This document shows positions 19,008 through 28,588 of a stretch of 64,000 nucleotides of DNA, in pieces. Source of the DNA: an uncultured Candidatus Rokubacteria bacterium. Its GTDB lineage: Bacteria > Methylomirabilota > Methylomirabilia > Rokubacteriales > CSP1-6. The DNA lies in assembly GCA_963754315.1 (NCBI GenBank), contig CAVWFS010000008.1, positions 512,001-576,000 of the forward strand, written 5' to 3'. How positions within the stretch are numbered: the stretch's first letter is position 1; every line of letters begins with the position of its first letter. Below the pieces are notes generated by a model that was not told the DNA's origin, searched no databases, and saw nothing but the letters and a program-made list of their open reading frames with translations. A program made the position numbers and the translations under genes.

Positions 19008-20447
19008 TCAGCGTAGAGCCGAAAGGGCAGGGCGGCGCCCGCTCCAGGGTCGGGCCGCCTCGAGCTGGGCGGCGAGACGGAACAAGGTGGCCTCGTCGCC
19101 GAAGCGTCCCGTGAACTGGGTGCCGATAGGCAGACCCGCCTCGTTCCAGACGAGCGGAACCGACATGGCGGGCTGACCGGTGGCGTTGGCGACGTAGGTG
19201 AACGGCGTGAAGGCGGCCATGCGACGCCGGAGCGCGAAGGGATCCTGTCCTGTGTAGGCGAAGGTGCCGAGCGGCACCGGGGGCTCGCCCAATGTCGGGG
19301 TGAGCCACACGTCGTGCTCGACGAAGTAACGTGCGACCTCCCGCGAAATTCGCTGCAGGCCCTGGGTCATGGACAGGTATTCCGGAGCGCTGAACGTGCG
19401 GCCACGTTCGACGAGCGCCCACGTGAAGGGCTCGAAGTACTCGGGCGCCGGTGTGCGGTGGAGCCGGTGGCTCCAGTCGTCGATCGCCCACGCGAAGCCT
19501 GCGGCGAGCACGCTGGTGAAGAGTCGCCAGAATTCCTCGCCCTCGATGGGTGGCACGCCTTCCACCACCTGGTGGCCGAGCGATTCGAGCAAGCGGGCCA
19601 CGTCGTGTACGGCCGTCCGGCAGTCGGGATGAATGTCTTCCCCCAGCAAGGTGCGGGTGGAGAAGACCACCCGCAGTCGCCCCGGCGCAACCCCGACCTC
19701 GTGCGCGAACGGACGAGGAGGGGAAGGTGCCTCGTAGGGATCGCCGAGACCGGGGCCGGCAGTCGTGTCCAGCAGGAGAGCACTGTCGCGCACGGTGCGG
19801 GTGAGGGCGTGCTCGACGATCAAGCCTTCCATCATGTCGCCGTAGAGAGGCCCCAGCGGATTGCGGGCGCGCGTAGGCTTGAGCCCGAACACGCCGCAGC
19901 ACGCCGCCGGAACCCTGATGGAGCCGCCAGCATCGTTGCCGTGCGCCATCGGCACCATGGCCGACGCGACAGCGGCGCCGGCGCCGCCGCTGGAGCCGCC
20001 GGCGGTGCGCGAGGGATCCCAGGGGTTGCGCGTGGCACCGTAGAGACGCGGCTCGGTCGTGGGACCGAGACCCAGCTCCGGCGTGTTGGTCTTGCCGACC
20101 ACAATCAAGCCCGCCCGCTTGTAGCGCCGCACCAGTTCCTGGTCCTCAGCTGGCACGTAGCCTCGGAGGAACGCGGAGGCCTCGTTGAAGGCGACACCAG
20201 CGTACTCTGCCGCCAGATCCTTGAGGAGGAAGGGGACTCCTCGGAAGGGACCCTCGGGCAGTGGCCGTGAGGCGGCCTCGCGTGCCTGCTCGTACATCGG
20301 GATGACGACCGCGTTCACGCTCGGATTGACCCGCTCGATGCGATCGATGGCCGCCGTCACCAGCTCGAGCGCGGTGACTTCCTTCTTTCGGACCAGCTCG
20401 GCCTGGGCCGTCGCGTCGAGCACGGTGAGCTCGTCCAGGGTCGCCAT
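19008..20447 (-). CDS. Amidase (6-aminohexanoate-cyclic-dimer hydrolase-like branch)
   Basis: [32 protein letters not shown]. Confidence 0.93.
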   Translation of the reverse strand: MATLDELTVLDATAQAELVRKKEVTALELVTAAIDRIERVNPSVNAVVIPMYEQAREAASRPLPEGPFRGVPFLLKDLAAEYAGVAFNEASAFLRGYVPAEDQELVRRYKRAGLIVVGKTNTPELGLGPTTEPRLYGATRNPWDPSRTAGGSSGGAGAAVASAMVPMAHGNDAGGSIRVPAACCGVFGLKPTRARNPLGPLYGDMMEGLIVEHALTRTVRDSALLLDTTAGPGLGDPYEAPSPPRPFAHEVGVAPGRLRVVFSTRTLLGEDIHPDCRTAVHDVARLLESLGHQVVEGVPPIEGEEFWRLFTSVLAAGFAWAIDDWSHRLHRTPAPEYFEPFTWALVERGRTFSAPEYLSMTQGLQRISREVARYFVEHDVWLTPTLGEPPVPLGTFAYTGQDPFALRRRMAAFTPFTYVANATGQPAMSVPLVWNEAGLPIGTQFTGRFGDEATLFRLAAQLEAARPWSGRRPALSALR

Positions 20448-20464
20448 GCGACGGTTCCGGAACG

Positions 20465-21427
20465 CTAACGGGGGCTGCCGGCGCGCATGATGGTGGCCGC
20501 GAAGCGCTCCATGCGCTCGATGTTCTCTGACAGCCGCTCGCCGCGGAAATCGAAGATCATCTCGCTCACCCCGAGCCGGCCGTAGGCCGCGATGTCGTCC
20601 ATGATCTCACCCGTCGAGCCGGAGAACGGCCGCCGCTTCTCGCCGTCAGGGGCGAGGGTCGTGTCGTACACCGGAGCTTTGAAGGAGATGGTGAGAGCCT
20701 TCGGATCGCGTCCGGCGGCCTCGGTGAGCCGGAACAACTCGTCGAGCGACGCGCGCAGCTCTGCCGGACGCAGAGGGACGGCGGGATTGGCGCCGACCGG
20801 ATGCCAGCCATCGCCCAGGCGCGCGACTCGCCGAAGTGCCGGCTTGCTGTGGCCGCCGATCCACAGTGGCGGATGTGGCTTCTGGATTGGCAGCGGCTCC
20901 GAGCGCAGCTCGTCGAATCGGTAGAAGTCACCCGCGAAGCTGGCAGGCGACTTCGTCCACAGCGTCTTGTAGATGCGGATGTACTCGTCGGTTGCGGCCC
21001 CTCGTCGGTCGAAGTCGGGTGCCGCCAGCGCCTCGAATTCTTCGCGAAGCCAGCCGACCCCCACCCCCACCGTCAGGCGGCCCTTCGACAGCACGTCGAT
21101 GGTGGCGAGGGCCTTGGCCGTCACCACCGGATTGCGATAGGGCACGATCATCACGCTGGTTACCAGGCGGAGGCGACGGGTCTTGGCAGCCGCGAAGGTG
21201 ACCAGGGTCAGCTGCTCGAGCGCGTCCCCTTGCCCCGGAAAGACTCCGCTCACCGTGTAGGGATACCTGGACTTGATGGTGGTCGGGAAGGCGACATGGT
21301 CGGCGACCATCACCGAGTGAAAGCCGAGCGCCTCCCCGCGTTCCAGGAAGGTCTCGATCGCCTCCGGCGTAGCGCACGCGCCGCGGGTGGGAAGGTAGAA
21401 GCCGTAGCGCACGGTAGTCTCCTTCAC
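20465..21427 (-). CDS. LLM-class (putatively F420-dependent) oxidoreductase
   Basis: VADH, RNPVVTAKALATIDVLSKGR, GVGWLREEF, PPLWIGG, GDGW. Confidence 0.9.
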   Translation of the reverse strand: MKETTVRYGFYLPTRGACATPEAIETFLERGEALGFHSVMVADHVAFPTTIKSRYPYTVSGVFPGQGDALEQLTLVTFAAAKTRRLRLVTSVMIVPYRNPVVTAKALATIDVLSKGRLTVGVGVGWLREEFEALAAPDFDRRGAATDEYIRIYKTLWTKSPASFAGDFYRFDELRSEPLPIQKPHPPLWIGGHSKPALRRVARLGDGWHPVGANPAVPLRPAELRASLDELFRLTEAAGRDPKALTISFKAPVYDTTLAPDGEKRRPFSGSTGEIMDDIAAYGRLGVSEMIFDFRGERLSENIERMERFAATIMRAGSPR

Positions 21428-22668
21428 CGACCTCCGGTGGGCAGGTCCTGGAACGCTCCGTCCTTGTCCACGCGGATGTCGGCGGGCAGGCCGAGCACGC
21501 GCTCGGCGATGATGTTCTTGAGAATCTCGTCGGTGCCGCCGGCGATCCGGGCACCGGGCGCGTAAAGAAGCGCGTCCTGGAAGGCGGCTCGCATGGGCGT
21601 CAGGGACGGGTCCATCACGGCGCCACCCACGTCCATGAGATCGAGGGCGAAGGTGGCGATCTCCTGGAGCTTGGTGGCACTGACGATCTTGCCGATGGAC
21701 GCTTCGGGACCAGGCGTCTGGCCACGCGACAGCGCGGTCATGGTCCGGAACTTGGTCCAGCGCAGTCCCTGTTGACGGACGTACCAGTCGGCCAGCTTCT
21801 CGCGAACGGCCGCGTTCTCGAGCGCGGGGCCGTCCTCCAGCTCGAGCGTGCGGACGAGGTGGAAAATCTCGTCGAAGTCGGGGCCGCGCACGTCGCCCAC
21901 GGCGAGCCGCTCATTCATGAGGGTGGTGATGGCCACGCCCCATCCCTGACCGACTGCGCCCAGACGCTGGCCATCGGGCACCCGCACATCGGTGAAGTAG
22001 ACCTCGTTGAAGTTGGAAGCTCCCGAGATCTGCTTGATCCGTCTGATTTCGATCCCTGGAGATTTCATGTCCAGGAAGAAGAACGTCAGGCCTTTGTGCT
22101 TGGGGGCCTTCGGATCACTTCGGGTCACGATGATGCCGTAGTCAGCAAAGTGAGCGCCCGACGTCCAGATCTTCTGGCCGTTGATGACCCACGAGTCCCC
22201 GTCGCGTACGGAGCGGGTGCGAAGTCCTGCCAGGTCAGATCCCGCCGCCGGCTCCGAGAAGAGCTGACACCAGATCTCCTCGCCCGTGATGGCGCGGGGG
22301 ACGTATCGATGGCGCTGGACGTCGGTGCCGTACGCCATCAAGGTCGGAATGCACATACCGAGGCCGATCTCGAAGTACCCCCGCGGCACGAAATAGGCGG
22401 CCTCTTCCTGGTTATAGATCACCTGCATGATGGGTGATTCACCCCGCCCGCCGAGCTCGACAGGCCAGGTGATGGCGGCAAGGCCTGCTTCTGCCTTCCG
22501 CTTCTGGAACTCCTTGGCGCGCCGAAGGCCTTCCGCCTCCCCATGGCGCGCGGGCCATGTCTCGAACGACCCGGCCTTGCGCTCGACAGTGGACTCCAGG
22601 AAGCGCCTGACCTCGGCGCGGAAGGTTGCCTCGACTGGGGTATCGTTGAAATCCATGGGTCGGCTCAC
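21424..22668 (-). CDS. Acyl-CoA dehydrogenase, large subunit of a heteromeric pair (PimC-like)
   Basis: WCQLFSEPAAGSDLA, NGQKIWTS, FNEVYF, IAGGTDEILKNIIAERVLGLP. Confidence 0.92.
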   Translation of the reverse strand: MSRPMDFNDTPVEATFRAEVRRFLESTVERKAGSFETWPARHGEAEGLRRAKEFQKRKAEAGLAAITWPVELGGRGESPIMQVIYNQEEAAYFVPRGYFEIGLGMCIPTLMAYGTDVQRHRYVPRAITGEEIWCQLFSEPAAGSDLAGLRTRSVRDGDSWVINGQKIWTSGAHFADYGIIVTRSDPKAPKHKGLTFFFLDMKSPGIEIRRIKQISGASNFNEVYFTDVRVPDGQRLGAVGQGWGVAITTLMNERLAVGDVRGPDFDEIFHLVRTLELEDGPALENAAVREKLADWYVRQQGLRWTKFRTMTALSRGQTPGPEASIGKIVSATKLQEIATFALDLMDVGGAVMDPSLTPMRAAFQDALLYAPGARIAGGTDEILKNIIAERVLGLPADIRVDKDGAFQDLPTGGR

Positions 22669-23777
22669 GCGGCCTCGCGCGCCGTGAGGCGCGTGACCAG
22701 AAGGTTCTTCCAGTAGCGGCTACTGCCGAGCGACAGGGCGAGCAACTTGGCCCGGCGGTAGTACATGTGGCAGTCGAACTCCCACGTGAAGCCCATGCCG
22801 CCGTGGGTCTGGATGTTCTCCTTGGCGGCGAGGAAGAAGGCCTCGCTGGCGCTGATGCGCGCGGCAGCGGCCGCCACCGGGAGCTCGCCGGCCGCGTCGA
22901 CCGAGAGGGCCCACGCCCCGTAGTAGGCGTTCGAGCGGGCCAGCTCGAGGGCCACGTAGATATCCACGAGCTTGTGCTTGATGGCCTGAAAGGACGCAAT
23001 AGGTCGCCCGAAGGCAAAGCGTCCCAGCGCGTACTCGCGCGCCATGTCGAGAGCAGCCTGGGCTCCGCCGACCTGCTCGAACGCGAAGAGCACGGCGGCC
23101 CGATCGAGCAAGCGCGCCACGAGGGGCCAGCCCTCGCCGAGTGGCTCGGCGGCCGCATTCGTGAAGACAAGGCTTGCATGCGAGCGCGTGGGATCCAACG
23201 TGGCCACTGGCGTGCGAGTCACGCCGGGGGCGCGCAGGTCCACCAGGACCAGCGAGACTTCCCCTGCCATCGCCCCGCGTACGACCACGACGGCCACGTC
23301 GGCCACATCCCCGTCCGCCACCGGCACCTTGACGCCGTTGACGCGGCCATCCGCCAGGCGTGTCTGTAGCGTTTCGGGGCGAGGCGGGTACGGTCCTTCG
23401 GCCAGCGCGAAGCATCCGATGACCCGTCCGCTCGCCAATGCGGGTAGCCAGCGCGTCTGCTGGGCGGCGGAACCCGCCAGGAGGATCGCTTCTGTGGCCA
23501 GGTATACGGACGAGGAGAATGGGGTGGGAGCCAGGCTGCGTCCCAGCTCTTCCGCGATCACACACAGCTCGAGGTATCCGTAACCCGCCCCACCGAATCG
23601 CTCCGGAATCGCCGTCCCCGGCCATGCCATCTCCACCATGCCACGCCAGAGGTCCGTGTCGTAGGGGGCATCTGTCTCCAGAACACGGCGCACGCGTGAG
23701 GGCGCCGCCCGTTCGCTGAGGAACTTGCGGGCCTGGTCGCGCAGGACCAGCTGTTCTTCAGAAAAATCGAAGTTCAT
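22665..23777 (-). CDS. Acyl-CoA dehydrogenase, small subunit (PimD-like)
   Basis: MNFDFSEEQ, RFAFGRPIASFQAIKH, QTHGGMGFTWE; RBS ggagga. Confidence 0.92.
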   Translation of the reverse strand: MNFDFSEEQLVLRDQARKFLSERAAPSRVRRVLETDAPYDTDLWRGMVEMAWPGTAIPERFGGAGYGYLELCVIAEELGRSLAPTPFSSSVYLATEAILLAGSAAQQTRWLPALASGRVIGCFALAEGPYPPRPETLQTRLADGRVNGVKVPVADGDVADVAVVVVRGAMAGEVSLVLVDLRAPGVTRTPVATLDPTRSHASLVFTNAAAEPLGEGWPLVARLLDRAAVLFAFEQVGGAQAALDMAREYALGRFAFGRPIASFQAIKHKLVDIYVALELARSNAYYGAWALSVDAAGELPVAAAAARISASEAFFLAAKENIQTHGGMGFTWEFDCHMYYRRAKLLALSLGSSRYWKNLLVTRLTAREAA

Positions 23778-23827
23778 CGCGTATCCTCCGGGGTGCCCAT
23801 GATATGCCAATCACCCTGGAGGTGGCG

Positions 23828-24736
23828 ATGACGACAAAGCCGGCCGTGAGCCTGGCCGCGGTGCCCGGGCGTCGACAGACCACGGTGGAGCTCGCGCAGC
23901 GGCTCGAGCAGGAGGGCTTCACGGGCATCTATTGCCCGAGTATCGGCGATGGCCTTGGGCTCTCGCGAGGCCCTCGCCCTGGTCACCCGCGAGATCCCGT
24001 TCGGCACCAGCATCGCGAATATCTACCTCCGACACCCACACGACTATGCCCAGACGGCGGCCCTGATCCACGAGCTGTCGCGCGGCCGCTTCCGCTTCGG
24101 AATCGGATAAGCCACGGGCCGACGCACGCGCGGCTGCATTTACAGGTAGGGAAGCCCCTGGCGGACATCCGACGCTTCGTGGACGATCTCCGGGCAGGGG
24201 CCCAGAACGCCGGGGAGCTGCCGCCCATCATCCTTGCCACCTTGCGGCGCCGGATGGTGGAGCTGGCCGCCGAGATCGCCCAGGGCGCCGTGTGGGCCAA
24301 TGCCGCGCGTTCGCACATGCGCGACTCGCTCCGGCACCTACCGTCGGGGCGCCTGCACGATCCGGCATTCTTCATCGCCGATATGGTCCCGACGTGTATC
24401 GACGACGACCGCGCCGCCGCCGCTGCCGTGAACCGTCGTACGCTCACCGGGTACGTGAAGCTTCCCAACTACCAGAACTACTGGATCGAGGCGGGCTTTG
24501 CCGAGGAGATGCTCGCCATCCGTCAAGCCATCGCCGATCGACAGGAGGAGCGAATTCCTGCCCTCATGTCGGACCGCTGGCTGCGCGAGGTGAGCTTGTT
24601 CGGAAGCATCGCGGACGTCCGCGAGGGTATCGAGGCCTGGTACGAGACCGGCATCAAGACCCTCATCGTGGTGCCCTCGTCAACCCGGGGAGGCCAGATG
24701 GTTGCCTTCCAGGAACTCATCGCCGCCTTTCGCTAG
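23828..24736 (+). CDS. LLM-class flavin-dependent oxidoreductase with two compensating indels
   Basis: Alternative frame ~23965-24106 gives the canonical EALALVTREIPFGTSIANIY...GRFRFGIG; main frame resumes at ISHGP. Confidence 0.85.
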   Translation: MTTKPAVSLAAVPGRRQTTVELAQRLEQEGFTGIYCPSIGDGLGLSRGPRPGHPRDPVRHQHREYLPPTPTRLCPDGGPDPRAVARPLPLRNRISHGPTHARLHLQVGKPLADIRRFVDDLRAGAQNAGELPPIILATLRRRMVELAAEIAQGAVWANAARSHMRDSLRHLPSGRLHDPAFFIADMVPTCIDDDRAAAAAVNRRTLTGYVKLPNYQNYWIEAGFAEEMLAIRQAIADRQEERIPALMSDRWLREVSLFGSIADVREGIEAWYETGIKTLIVVPSSTRGGQMVAFQELIAAFR

Positions 24737-24744
24737 GAGACCCC

Positions 24745-26892
24745 ATGCCCGATCTCAGACCCCTGCTGTGGCCGCGCTCGATTGCCCTCGTCGGCGCCTC
24801 CGACAACAAGGAGATCATCCGTGGCCGACTGCTTCACATCATGCAGTTGCGTGGCTTCCCGGGGCAGATCTTCCCGGTGACGCCGAGTCGGGCGGAGGTG
24901 CAGGGCCTGCAGGCCTACCCGTCGGTGGCCGCGCTGCCCGAGCCTGTCGACCTGGCCATCATCGTGATTCCATCAGCCGCCGTGCTCCAGGTGCTGAGCG
25001 AGTGCGGCGCGCGCGGGATCAAGGCGGCCATCATCATCACTTCCGGCTTTGCCGAGGAGCGGGGCGAGGAGGCGCGCGTCCGCCAGGAGGAGCTGCAGAG
25101 TATCGCCGCGCGCTACGACATGGCCATCTGCGGGCCCAACTGCGAAGGTCTCGTCAACGCGCTGAAGCCGATGGCGGCCACGTTCAGTCCGTCCCTGGAG
25201 AACCAGGACTACCGGCTGCTCCCCGAGGTCGCGACGGGGCGCCCCATCAGCGTCATCGCCCAGAGCGGGGCGCTCAGCTTCTCGTACCTGAACCGCGGCG
25301 CCCCCCGTCAGCTGCGCTTTACCTACCTCATCAGCTCCGGCAACGAGGCGACGCTCGAGGGACTGGATTACGTCGACTACATGCTCGACGAGGAGCGCAC
25401 GGACATCTTTCTCATGTACATGGAGGCGGTGCGCAACGCCGACACGTTCCACCGAGTGGCGGCGAAGGCCGCCCGGCTGGCCAAGCCCATCATCGTGGGA
25501 AAGGTCGGTCGCTCGGACGCCGGACGACGCGCCGCGGCCTCCCACACCGGGGCTCTGGCCGGCTCTGACAGCGCCTACGACGCACTGTTCCGACGCTACG
25601 GGATCGTTCGGTGTGAGGACATCGACCAGATGATCGATACGGCGGCGGCTTTCGCCTTCAATCCGCTTCCCAGGGGCCGCCGGGTGGTGGTGCTGAGCGC
25701 GTCCGGCGGGGGGGCAGCCTGGATGGCCGACATGTTCGCCGCGCAGGGACTCGAGCTGCCGGAGCTGGACGTGCAGACGCGCAAGGAGATCGACCCGCTC
25801 CTGCCGTCGTACGCGTCCTCGCAAAACCCCGTCGATCTCACCGCACAGGCGACCCGCGAGGTCGGATACGCGCGAGTCATCGAGATTCTCCAGCGCTCAC
25901 CGATGGTCGACATGATCGTGGTGGTGGGCTCGCTCGCCACCGAGACCCTCCTGCGACGGGACATCGCGGGGCTGACTCGTGTGGCGCAGGCGAGCACCGT
26001 CCCCATCGCCTTCTGCGCCTATACAAACGCCTCGCCGGCGGCGGTCACCCTGCTGGCCGGGGCCGGGATCCCGGCCTACACGAGCATGGTCAACTGCGCC
26101 AAGGCTCTGCGAGCCCTCGCCGACTACGCGGACTTTCAGCGACGATGGCGAGGGCGAATCGAGCCCGAGCGCACGCCGTCGGCGAGGGCCACCGACGTCG
26201 ACCGCCGTCTGCGCGCGGCCGGCTCCGTGCTGTGCGAGTACGAAGCGAAGGAACTCCTGGCGGCCTACGGTATCCCTCGTCCGCGCGAGGAGATGACCAG
26301 CAATGCCGAGGGCGCGGCGGCAGCCGCTGGCCGCCTCGGCTACCCGGTCGCTCTGAAAGTCCAGTCGCCGGACATCACGCACAAAACGGAGGCGGGGGCG
26401 GTGGCGCTGGCCATCGGCACCAAGACTGACCTGCGGCGGGCGTACCGGCGTGTGCTGAGCTCCGCCCGCGCCGCTCATCCTGACGCCGATCTCCGGGGCG
26501 TGCTGGTCCAGCAGATGGCCCCGCCTGGTGTCGAGATGATCGTTGGTGTCACGCGCGATGAGACCTTCGGGCCCCTGCTCATGCTGGGGCTGGGCGGCGT
26601 CCACGTCGAGGTGTTGCGCGACGTCGCCTTCGCGCCGGTTCCCCTCACACCCGAGGATGCGCGTGATCTGCTGGGCCAGCTCCGGGGCGCTCGGCTCCTT
26701 CAAGGGGTGCGTGGAGCGCCGCCGTCAGATGTGGAGGCGCTCGTCGACCTGCTGGTGGCTGTATCCTGCTTTGCCGCCGACCACCGCGATACCGTGGCCG
26801 AGATCGATCTGAATCCGGTGATCGTTCATCCCAGAGGGCAGGGCCTATCCGTCGTGGATGCCCTGATCGTCACCGCAGGGCCGCCTTGGTGA
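24745..26892 (+). CDS. ADP-forming acyl-CoA synthetase (acetate--CoA ligase family, fused alpha/beta)
   Basis: PRSIALVGAS, GPNCEG, AQSG, AASHTG phospho-His, NPVD, HKTEAGAV, EIDLNP; RBS aggaga. Confidence 0.93.
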   Translation: MPDLRPLLWPRSIALVGASDNKEIIRGRLLHIMQLRGFPGQIFPVTPSRAEVQGLQAYPSVAALPEPVDLAIIVIPSAAVLQVLSECGARGIKAAIIITSGFAEERGEEARVRQEELQSIAARYDMAICGPNCEGLVNALKPMAATFSPSLENQDYRLLPEVATGRPISVIAQSGALSFSYLNRGAPRQLRFTYLISSGNEATLEGLDYVDYMLDEERTDIFLMYMEAVRNADTFHRVAAKAARLAKPIIVGKVGRSDAGRRAAASHTGALAGSDSAYDALFRRYGIVRCEDIDQMIDTAAAFAFNPLPRGRRVVVLSASGGGAAWMADMFAAQGLELPELDVQTRKEIDPLLPSYASSQNPVDLTAQATREVGYARVIEILQRSPMVDMIVVVGSLATETLLRRDIAGLTRVAQASTVPIAFCAYTNASPAAVTLLAGAGIPAYTSMVNCAKALRALADYADFQRRWRGRIEPERTPSARATDVDRRLRAAGSVLCEYEAKELLAAYGIPRPREEMTSNAEGAAAAAGRLGYPVALKVQSPDITHKTEAGAVALAIGTKTDLRRAYRRVLSSARAAHPDADLRGVLVQQMAPPGVEMIVGVTRDETFGPLLMLGLGGVHVEVLRDVAFAPVPLTPEDARDLLGQLRGARLLQGVRGAPPSDVEALVDLLVAVSCFAADHRDTVAEIDLNPVIVHPRGQGLSVVDALIVTAGPPW

Positions 26893-26929
26893 TCTGCCGG
26901 CGGTATACTTGGGTGGCTGGGCCCGGGAT

Positions 26930-28384
26930 ATGGACGGTAATCAAACGGACGGTCAGCATTCCGCCTCGATGCCGACGGCTGAGGCCGCTTACTACGACCT
27001 GTGGACGAAGCCGTTCCGGGAGAGCATTGACCCGAGCGTTCTGTGGATGGGTCTCACATACCGTGAGGGATTCGCAGCGTTGCGGACGGGGATCCTTGAG
27101 AACGCGGGGCTCCTCCTCCTCACCGGTGAGGCGGGGAGCGGGAAGACCATTTTGGCCAACGTCCTCGCTGACGGGCTGCGCGCCGAAGGGGTGTGCGTGG
27201 CCAAGCTCACCCTGGGCGGCCTCCCGCCAGACGACTTTCGCCACGCAGTCACGCGGGCGCTCGCCTTACCGGAACTGCCCGATACACGTGAGACTTTTCT
27301 GAGCAACCTGAGCGATTTCCTCCGCGGCGCCTATGCGCGACGAGCGAAGGTACTCTTATACATCGACGAGGCACAGGAACTCGGGCCGGAGGTCCTCACT
27401 GAGATCGAGCACCTGGTGCAGGTGGGTCGAGAGGCTGGACGCAACAAGGTCAACGTCCTCAACGTTTTGCTCGTTGGCCACTCGGACCTCGAGGCGTCCC
27501 TGCGACGTGGAGAGCCGCCCGGCCTTGCGGAAGCTATCCGGATCCGCGCTCGCCTCGAACCGCTCGGAGTCCGTCAAGTAAGGGAGTACATCGCGTTCCG
27601 ACTCCGGGTGGCCGGGGCCGATCGCGAGCTCTTCTCGAAAGAGGCGACCCGCGCGATTGGCGCTGCGTCGAATGGTGTGCCGCGCCTTATCAATCGGATT
27701 TGCGACTACGCCCTGCAGACTGCCTCGGAGCGAAACGAGCGTGTGGTGTCGGCAAAGGTCGTGGGCGACGCAATCAAGGTGTGGGGTCTCGCGGCGACCG
27801 GTGACGCCAATGGAGCTTGGCGTCGCTTGTATGCGAGTGGCCGCCGCCGGTTCGTCATCGCGGCGGCGGTGATCGGCGTGATTGGGCTGGGCGCAGCCGT
27901 CTATTACGTGGCAGACGGCACGAACACCGACCGCGATCGGCGGATGGAAGATCTCAGACCGGTGCCGGGAGCAAAGCCGGTGGCGGACAGTAAGCCCCCG
28001 CCGGGGACGGCGAATCGTGGATCCCAGCCGGTGTCGGGCATCAGGCCCCCGCCGGGGACAGCGAAATTTGGATCCCAGCCGCCGGCGGACATTAAGCCCC
28101 CGCCGGGGACGGCGAACCCTGGACCCGAGCCGGCAGTGCTCGATCCGTCAAATTTCGCAGCCACACCGGCTCCAAGCACCTCCGTCGCCGGGCCACGCGC
28201 GGAGCCAGTAGGCCTTCGCCAAGGCCAGCGGAGGGTGTCCCCGATGCCCGCCGTCAGGTGGGGATCTCTAGACCGGTGGGCAGACCGGATGATGCGGGGT
28301 CAAACATGGAACTGCTGCTCCGCTACCAGGCGCCATAGACTGCCAGAGCGGAGCGCGAGCGGTCGTGCCACCAGCGCTCAGTAA
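26930..28384 (+). CDS. ExeA/GspA-like AAA ATPase with TM helix and Pro-rich tail
   Basis: TGEAGSGKT, YIDEAQ, YIAFRLRVAG, GVPRLINRICDYAL; TM AAAVIGVIGLGAAVYY; 3' end may be frameshifted (alternative stop 28338). Confidence 0.85.
   Translation: MDGNQTDGQHSASMPTAEAAYYDLWTKPFRESIDPSVLWMGLTYREGFAALRTGILENAGLLLLTGEAGSGKTILANVLADGLRAEGVCVAKLTLGGLPPDDFRHAVTRALALPELPDTRETFLSNLSDFLRGAYARRAKVLLYIDEAQELGPEVLTEIEHLVQVGREAGRNKVNVLNVLLVGHSDLEASLRRGEPPGLAEAIRIRARLEPLGVRQVREYIAFRLRVAGADRELFSKEATRAIGAASNGVPRLINRICDYALQTASERNERVVSAKVVGDAIKVWGLAATGDANGAWRRLYASGRRRFVIAAAVIGVIGLGAAVYYVADGTNTDRDRRMEDLRPVPGAKPVADSKPPPGTANRGSQPVSGIRPPPGTAKFGSQPPADIKPPPGTANPGPEPAVLDPSNFAATPAPSTSVAGPRAEPVGLRQGQRRVSPMPAVRWGSLDRWADRMMRGQTWNCCSATRRHRLPERSASGRATSAQ
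27977..28129 (+). repeat. Three tandem 51-bp (17-aa) repeats within the ExeA-like gene
   Basis: PVADSKPPPGTANRGSQ / PVSGIRPPPGTAKFGSQ / PPADIKPPPGTANPGPE starting at 27977, 28028, 28079. Confidence 0.9.
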
Positions 28385-28588
28385 TTTCTTCGTAATATTA
28401 CTCGGATACGGGGCCTTAGGTTGCCCCAAGAAGTTGCGAGCTTGAAGACGCACTGCGTCAGGTTGGGCACGGTCTTTACGGAATTTTTACATGGATTTTG
28501 TGACTGAGGACACGCCGTCGCCTAGATTCACGCTGGAGCCTGAGCTGAGGGGGAAGCCCACTTTGGCCCACCGCAGGAGGAGACGCCC

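Noticed and set aside
24292..24744. N-terminal extension of the CoA ligase ORF
   Set aside because: Overlaps the LLM gene; the RBS and family start are at 24745.
28463..28480. Sigma-54 promoter GGCACG-N4-TTAC
   Set aside because: The conserved -12 GC reads AC, too weak to call.
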